A stretch of DNA of 64,000 nucleotides, taken from Cetorhinus maximus (lineage: Eukaryota). Of this stretch, positions 13,255 through 22,116 are shown piece by piece. Numbering within the stretch: position 1 is the first letter of the stretch; each line of letters begins with the position of its first letter. The stretch lies in contig NC_135903.1 in assembly GCF_964194155.1 (NCBI RefSeq), forward strand, positions 18,600,001 to 18,664,000. The letters are read 5' to 3'. A model generated the notes under the pieces. The model did no database searches. It was not told the origin of the DNA and worked only from the letters and a program-made list of their open reading frames with translations. The position numbers were made by a program, and so were the translations under genes.

Positions 13255-13678
13255 ACAAAAACAAAAATACCTGGATCTCTACCTTTTAGCCTATTTCGAT
13301 CCCTTCCCCCCACCCCACCCCCACTAGGGCTATCTGTACCTTGCTCATCCTGCTTTCTACCCTTAGTGTCACCATTAGCACATATCTTAGCTAATATCAC
13401 CACCGTCAACACCTCTTTGTCCTTTCGTCTATGACATCTTTTGGCTATCTCCATCTATCACTGGCCCCCTATCCAGCTCTACCTGTCCCAACCCCCCTTA
13501 AACCAGCTTATATTTCACCTCTTTTCTATTTTTCCTTAGTTCTGATGAAGAGTCATTCGGACTCAAAACGTTAACTGTGTTCCTCTCCGCCGATGCTGTC
13601 AGACCTGCTGAGTTTTTCCAGGTATTTTTGTTTCTGTTTTGGATTTCCAGCATCCGCAGTTTTTTGCTTTTATCTTAG
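13255..13678 (+). mobile_element. 5'-truncated PLE 3' end with a short inverted 5' piece and 14-bp TSD
   Basis: CACTCACTCACAGA occurs at 13241-13254 and 13679-13692. The body is homologous to ~5290-5718. The first ~21 nt (acaaaaacaaaaatacctgga) are the reverse complement of the pLTR end. Confidence 0.92.
13538..13576 (+). ncRNA. Hammerhead motif (G12>A mutated)
   Basis: AGTT-CTGATGA-A-GAGTC-attcg-GACTC-AAAA-CG-TT-AACT. Confidence 0.7.
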
Positions 13679-14549
13679 CACTCACTCACAGAGCTGAGAT
13701 GATATGCAAACATGACCAGGCCCTACATTGGCAAACCATTAAGGGAGCAGGGGCGAGTTTGATATCTGCCAAGGCATAAAGGAAACCTTTAGAGCTGGTC
13801 CATAATGAAAGTGACCACTCTTTAGTTAAAGTAGCTTAAGACCAAGTTTGTTACACCTGTGAGACCCCAAATGTGTAAGTGATCATCTTCACCCGCTTAC
13901 AGGTGCTCCAAGGTGCTTCCCCTGCACCTGCAGTGGAGGCAGGCTACTGACCATACTGCCCTGTGGCCTGGGATGACCTTGGCAGCCACCCATCTGGCAG
14001 CCTGAGGCCTAGAGGGCCCCAGCTGACTGAGGGGCTGCTGCACAGATACAGGAGCCTCTGTCGCTGCTCCTGGACTTGGGATCACTGAGGAACTGCTGTT
14101 CACATCGGGAGCATCCTGAGAGAAGCCCCCACCTAGATGTGGAGGGCAGCCACTCCTCATTCTATTCATGGTTCACCCAAACCTCCCTGATGACCAGAGA
14201 AGGGCTGGGACTTGATGGAGACACCAGGTCTCTTGCCCTGCAAATGGCGATGGTGTGCAGGCCTGTGCGTACCTGCAGTATCTGGCTCTGCATGAGGGTC
14301 GCCAACCTCTTGATAAAGGAAGTCAGGTGCTCACAAGCCTGAGGCATGGTGGCACTCATGGGCTTGATGATTGAACTGACCTGAACTTGGAACTAGTTTT
14401 ATTCTGGTCTCAGCTGGATTTTACTAACTGGTAATTTTACTGGACTCATCAGAAACCCAGTAGGAACTCCCAGTTGCTGAGTAGGTACCAGTGCTTTTCA
14501 GCTGACTTCAGCTGGAACCATGGTACCTGTGGTCTATTTTACTAGGGCA

Positions 14550-16510
14550 GGCCTCATCCCAGATTTGCACCAAGTGTGACAGCGAGTGGGGAAAATGACG
14601 TTTACCTGGCGGCCGCAATGGCGGCTTCTCACGTCGTATCGTCCCAAGCCCACCATATTAATTATGCGTTCCTGGGAATCACGCCATTTCGATGGTGGGC
14701 GGGCACTCGTTCGCCCGCCACGCCATCACCTCGCTGCTTCATCACGCCGGGTGTCACATTTAAAGTGCAGCCATGCGCACACCTCTCAGTGCTCCCAGCC
14801 CAGGACTGCTGCACAGATCACAGGCTGGCCCCGAAAGGTGTAAAGGTTGCAGCCCTCCGGTTTAGTGACGTGTCCCTCCAGTGCGTTTTGGACGCCGTGG
14901 AGTCCCACATTATATCCTCTACCCCCACTCTGGCTGCATCACCAATCCAGCATGGGAGGTGGTGGTCAGCACCAATGCCCTGCAAAAGAGGACAGCCACC
15001 CTGTGCCGTTACAGGATGAATGGTCTCATCCGTTCTGCCAGGGTAACTCACTCTTCTCATCACTCTGCACCAGCACAGAGACACACACCTTTGTGGGACC
15101 TAGATCTAGAGCAGGCTCAGGTTCACAATCTGGTGGTCACGACACAGACACACGTCCGCAGCAGGAGGAGGCAGGTTCCCCCAAACACCCCGGCACTCAG
15201 AGGATTGCTGGGGAAGAGGCATCTATATGGTCTGAGTCAGGTGACGAGCCTCTGGGTTAGGCCTTCCAACTCATCGTGGAGAGTCAGCAGAAGGCTGGAA
15301 CATCACGCAGAGCTGTTGGAAGCTCTCAACAGAGTGGCTCGCGAGTCAGAGGAGTGTATCTGCCTGCTCTCTGATGAAGCAGTGTCCACATGTGCACGTA
15401 TGGTGGTCTCCATGGGGTGGTGGATGTGATGGAGACCCTGGTTGAGCAGAGCGTGGAAATGCGTGCAGACCTGCACTTTATCCGGGAGCCATGGGTGAGT
15501 TCCTACAGCGGCAACATGAGAGGGAACTGGGGCACCTCGACATCCCTCCAGGTGCTCCTTCCCCTCAAGCAGTACGGCTGAGGCGCCTAGGCACCCAAAG
15601 GGAGGAGGAGGGGCAGCTGGACACCCCTGGGTCATCCACTCAGGAATGTCAGAGGCTGTCCTCTCCCTCCGAGTCCCCTTTGCCTGTGAGCCCCTCAACC
15701 TCGTTCTCTGTCACCACAGAGGGACCAGCTGGACCCACAAGTGATTCTGGGGGAAAAGGTGTGTTTGTGGCAGGGCCTTTCGGAGCCTCGTGTAAGCACT
15801 GTCCCACACACGCAGATCCTTCCCGTATCACACTCACCTGCTGCCCGCTGGGGTTTGCTTTCAGTTGTCCATCTGAGCAGACCTGCATCTCAGCCCACCC
15901 TCTGCCCTCGGTCATTCTCACCATAACCTCATACCATGCCCACCCTCATTTCGCTCCCAGGAGGCAGTCATGGACTCATCAGAGCTCTCCCTTGCACATT
16001 CACCTGGACATCTGCCCCTTGGACCCCTCCTCCCCTCTGGACCCCTTCCCCCCTTGGAACATCTTCCCTCCTCCTGACTCCCCCGCCACCGCCCCCACCT
16101 ACGACACCTCTTTCTCTCCCAGTCGCTCCTAGACCATCCTCTCCCACTTCCCCGGTGCATCTCCCTCCCCAAAACACAGCTGGACCTTCCTCTCCACTCC
16201 CTCGGTGATCATCCTTTGTGAGCACACCCTCAGTGTTGACTTTTCAACTTCCGTGTGCTCATTTGCAGCAGAGCCATGTCCATGGGAATCCACCCAGCTT
16301 GCCATGGACGTTCCTCTGGTGTGCAGTTGCTGTCGGGCTCCAGCATCTTCTGCTCCTCGGATGCCCGCAATGTGAGCAAGGCCCTAGCTGTAAGTCCCGA
16401 CTTCTACACGTCGCACTTGTCGGGACATGCTCTGCACCAGCGTGTTTTCCGGCCAATATTGGCAGACGATCCAGCGTGGACGGGGCGATTCCAGTGGTCT
16501 GGAGCTGTAA
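14550..16510 (-). mobile_element. Non-autonomous Harbinger derivative with a Myb/SANT remnant read on +
   Basis: A..RFSDVSLQCVLDAVE and WEVVVSTNALQKRTATLCRYRMNGLIRSAR (Myb-like, 14845-15045). The segment ~15880-16470 is the reverse-complement homologue of ~37520-38450. Confidence 0.7.
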
Positions 16511-16717
16511 GTGATGTCAGAGGTCATAGGGTGCCGTGCCCCAAGGGTCAAGCAGGGCACCGATTTTAAACTGAGAGAAAATAATCTAAGCGAACTGATA
16601 AAAAGGAAAACTGGCTCTGAAAAACACAAACCTATGACACAAATTTGAGTTAGTGAAACGTTTGCATATGATTCAGGACAGCAGTGCTGATTCTGGAAAT
16701 TTTTGGAGGCCACCACG

Positions 16718-17605
16718 GGAGAGAGGGGAATGAGCAGAGAGAGTGTGAGTGACAGAGAGAGGGAGAGGATCTGTGGGCAGAGAGGGAGTGAGAGAGAGAG
16801 AGAAGATTGTGAGCAGAGAGAGAGTGAGAGAGAGGATTGATGGGCAGAGAGAGAGATTGAGTGTGAAACAGAGCATTAATGGGCTGAAAGAGAGTGACAG
16901 AGAGGATTACAGGTCAAAGAGAGAGAGGGGATTAATGGGGAGAAAGAGAGTGTGAGAGAGAGATTAATGGTCAGAGAGAGAGGATTAATGGGGAAAAAAA
17001 GAGTGAGAAAGAGTATTACTAGGCAGCATAAGAGTGAAAGAGGATTAATGGGCAGAGAGAGAGTGAGAGAGGATCAATAGGCAGAGAGAGAGACAGAGGA
17101 TTAATGGGCAGATAGAGAGGAGGGATTAATGGGCAGAGAGTATGAAAAAGAGAGGATTAATGTGTAGAGAGTGAGAGAGAGAGAGGATTAGTGGGCAGAA
17201 AGAGAGAGTGAAAGGAATTCACCAAGCCTCCTTAGACAGCACCTTCCAAACTCATGACCACCACCATCTAGAAGGACAAGGGCAGCAGATAGATGGGAAC
17301 ATCACCACCTGGAAGTTCTCCTCCAAGTCACTCACCATCCTGACTTGGAAATATATCGCCGTTCCTTCACTGTCGCTGGGTCAACATCCTGGAATTCAGT
17401 TCCTAACAGCACTGTGGGTGTACCTACACCACATGGACTGCAGCGGTTCAGGAAGGCAGCTCACCACCGCTTTCTCGTGGGCAACTAGAGATGGGCATTA
17501 AATGCTGGCCCAGCCAGCATAGCTCACATCCCGTGAATAAATAAAAGAAAAAAGAGAGAGGATTAATGGTCAGAGAGAGAGTGTGAGAGAGGGAGGGGAT
17601 TAATT
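16718..17605 (+). repeat. GA-rich low-complexity satellite with recurring GAGGATTAATGGGCAGAGAG, split by a retroelement tail
   Basis: The motif recurs more than ten times; the tract is interrupted at ~17210-17553. Confidence 0.85.
17212..17553 (+). mobile_element. LINE 3' end (tail shared with the SINE at 43431)
   Basis: Ends GATGGGCA..AAATGCTGGCC...CACATCCC.TGAATAAATAAAAGAAAAAA. The same tail is seen at 43431-43495 (-) and 48560-48633 (+). Confidence 0.75.
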
Positions 17606-17619
17606 TCCACTCATGATTG

Positions 17620-18816
17620 CACACCGGCTCTGGTGAGTCTGCCAGATGTACTCTCATGTCTCCTCACTCTCTGGGGTAAACACTCCAATCTCTGCGCCTG
17701 TGCTGGGATGGTCACCCTGGGACCCACTAGTTCCAGTCCCTCCTCCTCTGCAGTGGTCAGCTCTCTGATGCATGGTCTTCACCCTTTCCTGGGTGCTGTG
17801 GGTTCTTTTCTCCTGCAAGCAGATAGTGACGCTGCTACTCTGCACGTAGCCCAGTTGTGCCTTGGCATGCCTTCAGCCTCTGATGCAGGTTCTCCAATGC
17901 CTCAACCTCAAGCCCAGGTCATGGGAGGATGAATTCAGACAGAAGGCTGTCTGTCCTTGAGAGACAGCCATAGATACAGTCACAGAGGGGGCTCGAGCAG
18001 GGGGAACAGTCAGAGAGGGGGCTCCAGCAGGAACAGTCACAGAGGGAGCTCCAGCAGGAACAGTCAGAGAGGGAGCTCCAGCAGGGGGAACAGTCACAGA
18101 GGGGGCTCCAGCAGGGGGAACAGTCAGAGAGGGAGCTCCAGCAGGGGGAACAGTCACAGAGGGGGCTCCAGCAGGAACAGTCAGAGAGGGGGCTCCAGCG
18201 GGAACAGTCAGAGTGGAGGCTCCAGCAGGAACAGTCAGAGAGGGGGCTCCAGCGGGGGGAACAGTCACAGAGGGAGCTCCAGCAGGGGGAACAGTCAGAG
18301 AGGGGGCTCCAGCAGGGGGAACAGTCAGAGAGGGAGCTCCAGCAGGAACAGTCACAGAGGGGGCTCCAGCAGGGGGAACAGTCAGAGAGGGAGCTCCAGC
18401 AGGAACAGTCAGAGAGGAAGCTCCAGCAGGAACAGTCACAGAGGGAGCTCCAGCAGGAACAGTCAGAGAGGGGGCTCCAGCAGGAACAGTCAGAGAGGAA
18501 GCTCCAGCAGGAACAGTCAGAGAGGAGGCTCCAGCGGGAACAGTCAGAGAGGGGGCTCCAGCAGGAACAGTCAGAGAGGAAGCTCCAGCAGGAACAGTCA
18601 CAGAGGAAGCTCCAGCAGGAACAGTCAGAGAGGAGGCTCCAGCGGGAACAGTCAGAGAGGGGGCTCCAGCAGCAACTTGCAGGATGTGCTGTCTGCTTTT
18701 CAAAGATTGCACTAGTGCCTGTGTTCTTGTGCCCTCCTGCCATGATTGGCACTATAGCAGTCGGCCAGCCCCTTGCCAGTCACTTCCTGTGCTGCCACCG
18801 GGACAAAATTCAGCCC
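17620..18816. mobile_element. Harbinger right-end fragment containing a minisatellite
   Basis: Ends GGGACAAAATTCAGCCC, matching the end of the 37355-39639 element and approximately inverting the left terminus at 2153/37355. Confidence 0.55.
17976..18672. repeat. GC-rich minisatellite, 27/30-bp units (ACAGTCA[C/G]AGAGGGGGCTCCAGCAGG[GGG]A), about 25 copies
   Basis: Directly visible. It generates the repetitive ORFs (PAGAPSLTV, RGGSSRNSQ, CSCWS). Confidence 0.97.
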
Positions 18817-19623
18817 ATATGGTGGGATATCAACTCATTGAGAGCCCACTCATCTGCACAGAGTTAAAATCCGGCTCAGAGATTCAGGTTGCAGGACCAT
18901 GAAGCGGGATTGCTGGGAGTCAGGCCTCTTACAGATACTAAACACTGTCCCAGATGTACCAGCAATGGCATCTGTGGGAACTTCCTTTAGTGTTCCAAAC
19001 AAGCTAAGGGTAAAGCAAGATTCTTTCACCTATCACAATTCATTGCAAAGTGAATTGATATCACTGAAGAGATTGTCTCCACAGATGTCACTCTGCTTAG
19101 TGGCACAAGGCACTTCTGATCTCATTGAACAAAGGGACCAATAAATCTGTAAGGGTGCTTTTAAACATCTCATGGTTTTGTAATTATTCAAGCCCATTTG
19201 TGGGATTCAGTGTCCTATGTAGCCAAAGGTACAACTTCACTTTTCCTAATTCTTTTCCTCCAAGGTGTTGAATCTCAATCCATACGATGTTAAACTAGTA
19301 GGAGATTACCTTAAAAGCCCTAATGATACAGGTTAGTGCGATCCAGACATACATAGTGCTCACAGCTTTTCTACAAATATAAATCCTGTTTGGGAATGCT
19401 GATTCATTTTGTGCATTTAATCTCACACAATAAATAGTCATTTTCTAGTGGCACTGACAAGTCAAACAGAAGCTTGTGTGACAAAGCAAGAGCTAAACTG
19501 AAGTGATGTTGTCGGAGTGTTTAAAGCTGCTCTTCACTTCAGCGAATCTTATTCTTTCAAATCAGTTTGTGTACTTAGTGGAGACACACCCTGAACAATC
19601 AGTGTCTAACACCATTATAATTA

Positions 19624-19656
19624 AATAAAAACTACTGCGGATGCTGGAAATCCAAA
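19624..19656 (-). mobile_element. 33-bp PLE tail-only insertion with 13-bp TSD
   Basis: ACCATTATAATTA at 19611-19623 and 19657-19669. The insert's reverse complement, TTTGGATTTCCAGCATCCGCAGT..., matches the PLE tail at ~13638-13660. Confidence 0.85.
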
Positions 19657-20280
19657 ACCATTATAATTAGATCACTAGGTTTTCTCAATCTTGATAGAGC
19701 ATTACAATCTGCGTCTAGAAGCAAAGACAGATCCTGGGTGGACCACGCAGTGGTAGTTTGTCACTTGGAGAATTATCCACATTTACATCTCTGTTGACTC
19801 CTGCCTAGGTCTATATTTCTTTGGATATTTCAAGAGACCGTTATGTAAAATAGTTTGAGTTATTGGCGTCTTTTTCATTTGGCTTCTGATGCATTTGTAA
19901 CTCTGGTTTATGCGATTGTTTGTTAATCTAAGTACAGATGTTGTCTAATATGACAGCAAACAGCCTGTGGCTGGATAATGCAGCCACGTGCTGTTATGGT
20001 GCATCACTAACACAAACCAAATTAGTCATATGAATCTCATTGGTTTCTCAGCCTTCCTTCCATGGTCCTGCCTGAATAACTCTCTGAAGTTAATAACACA
20101 AGTACACTGGTTATTTGAGCACAGCAGTAGCTGATGATTAGATAAGGACTGTGATATAAAAATAATTTTTTAAAGAAGTTCCTATTCTATCAGTTTAACG
20201 GGCGTGTTGCTGGCTATAGACAAGATCGGCATTCAAGAACATGAGCTGACAAGATGGAAGGTCATTCTACGTGTAAATAA

Positions 20281-20391
20281 ATATATTCACGGAGCTGATC
20301 TGTGGACCCACTTAATGAATATGCTGCCCAAGGTAAGGCTGAGCCATGTAGACCAGAGAGGCTCAAAGTTCAATCCTTGAATTTTACTAAG
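20281..20391 (+). repeat. 111-bp direct repeat, copy 1 (apparent long TSD of the Tx1 element)
   Basis: Ungapped match to 25860-25970 with 7 mismatches by manual count. Confidence 0.95.
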
Positions 20392-20428
20392 ATCGCTTCT
20401 TGGCCTTTTGGCTAAGATCAATTGTAGT
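20392..20428 (+). ncRNA. RNU2: U2 snRNA 5' fragment (nt 1-37) forming the head of the Tx1 element
   Basis: ATCGCTTCTtGGCCTTTTGGCTAAGATCAAtTGTAGT versus vertebrate U2 ATCGCTTCTCGGCCTTTTGGCTAAGATCAAGTGTAGT: 35/37 identical, starting exactly at nt 1. The rest of U2 is absent. Confidence 0.93.
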
Positions 20429-20437
20429 CGTGAAGCG

Positions 20438-22106
20438 ATGGCTATAACCAGTAGAGCCCCATACCATGGGGTACGTAACACCGTTCAGGTGGCGATGAAG
20501 GACAGTGATGGACAAGCACCCATGGATCGGGCCTTCTTCACCAAGCTGATCCTGTTGAAGGCGTGTGGATTTGAAGCGGAGGAGATCTACTCCCTGCAAG
20601 ACTTCCCCAGCGCTGGATATTTCGACGTGACCTTCAGGAATGTGGCAGCTTGCATCAAGTTCCTAAAGGTGTTCGAGGAGAAGAAAGACCAGCCGGAGAT
20701 GAAGATTCTGACAGTGGACCTGCTCTTTGCTCTGCCGTTGCAACGGGACCGTGTGGTGACGGTGCATCTCTACAACCCCCAAGTCTCTGCCGCCGATGTG
20801 CTCACCTTCCTCGCCAGGTACATCGACAAGGTTGGGAGCTGCACCGAGATTAGAGACGCCTTCGGGATTTGGACATGCAAACGCCAGATCAAGGTCACGC
20901 TAAAGGCCGATGGTAAGGGAGCCATCCTCCGCCCTCCTTCCAGCTTCACTATCGGGGGAAGCTGTTGCTACCTCGTGTACGCTGGGCAGCCCATGAGGTA
21001 AGTCTGGTCATGTGGCGGCCAACTGCAGCGCCGCCCTCTGCAAGAACTGCAAGCAGGAAGGGCACCAGACAAAGGACTGCAAACAGACTAAGTGCTGCAA
21101 CCTGTGTGGCAAGTCAGGCCACCTCTACAGGATCTGCCCCAAACGCTGCCTCACCTATGCACAGGCAGCCAAAGCCAACGAAGGGGAGGCAGATGAAATG
21201 CTTCGTGTCATTACTACCAAGGGCACTTGCAACCCCCCAACCACCAAGGCCTCCGGCGAGCCCAATAGGACAAAGGAGGACAGGGAGAGAGATAAGGGGG
21301 AGGAAAAGATTGAGGCATCAGACAGCCAATCAACAGGACTGCCCCCTGAACCTCCCACTCCTCAGGAGAGTGAATCAATGGAGGAGGAAGCAGCGGAAAA
21401 TCAGCAGGAGGAGTGGCAGCTGGTGAAGAGAGCCAAAAGGAAGAAGGGGCTAAGAAGGGACCAAGCCACTTCCCAGACAGGGGGCAAGAGGCATCTCCCA
21501 TCCGACACGGATGACAAGGGCAGCTGCTCTTCAGACGAAGAAGGGAAAGGGCGGCACCTACAGAAGAAACAGCAAAGCTCTAGGGAGTTGGAGGACGAGA
21601 CACCCGAGCTCCAGAACATTGGAGACAATGAGGAGACCAGCGCATCCCAACTTTGCCCACAACCCGAAGAGGCCAGCGCACCCCAGCCCCAGGAATCTGG
21701 GAGCAGTGAGGCACTCAGCGCACCCCAGCCCCAGGAATCTGGGAGCAGTGAGGCACTCAGCGCACCCCAGCTCCAGGAATCTGGGAGCAGTGAGGCACTC
21801 AGCGCACCCCAGCCCCAGGAATCTGGGAGCAGTGAGGCACTCAGCGCACCCCAGCTCCGGGAATCCGGGAGCAGCAACGCCCCAGAGAGGGAGAGGATCG
21901 GAGAGACTTCTCCAACAGAGAACATTTCAAATCTCATTCCTTGCACGATCCCCCAGATGCCACCTGAGCGGAACATCTCCAATGGGGAGGTTCAGGACAG
22001 TTTCCTCAGCCCATCCAAAGTGAGGCAATTTGTGAACACTATGGGTATGCAGGAGCAGACCAAAGGTCTGGAACTCTCAGAGACAACAGGTTTGGTAAGA
22101 GACTAA
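20438..22106 (+). pseudogene. Tx1 ORF1 (gag-like, ZCCHC3-like fold, three CCHC knuckles), frameshifted near 20995
   Basis: FDVTF, RDAFGIWT, YAGQP, then (partly deleted)GKSGHVAANC, CKNCKQEGHQTKDC and CNLCGKSGHLYRICP. Confidence 0.92.
21674..21875 (+). repeat. 42-bp in-frame tandem repeat (~4.8 copies; SAPQPQESGSSEAL) in ORF1
   Basis: Units start at 21674, 21716, 21758, 21800 and 21842. Confidence 0.95.
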
Positions 22107-22116
22107 ATGCTTTAAA

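Larger units (their letters stand above)
11750..14360 (+). mobile_element. Degenerate Harbinger transposon (transposase on + at ~12050-13130, partner remnants on -)
   Basis: LMPVALKIIMALNFHASGSFQ, AIDCTHVAI, KDLHSIKAQLVCD, EQTIGPLKVRFQCLD, SHIVVDCCALHTLALQRG. Confidence 0.8.

Noticed and set aside
14370-14547. DNA transposon end (…TTTTACTAGGG) with short subterminal repeats
   Set aside because: Only one putative terminus was seen, with no partner end or TSD.
17873-18902. Mucin-, keratin-associated- or RGG-like protein genes; CRISPR array
   Set aside because: The ORFs are by-products of a 27/30-bp minisatellite. There are no unique spacers or cas genes, and the context is eukaryotic.
20392-20428. 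Functional U2 snRNA gene
   Set aside because: Only nt 1-37 are present. There is no Sm site or 3' stem-loops, and the upstream sequence is the duplicated target.
20408-22106. Host gene ZCCHC3
   Set aside because: Frameshifted and directly followed by LINE ORF2; it is the element's ORF1.
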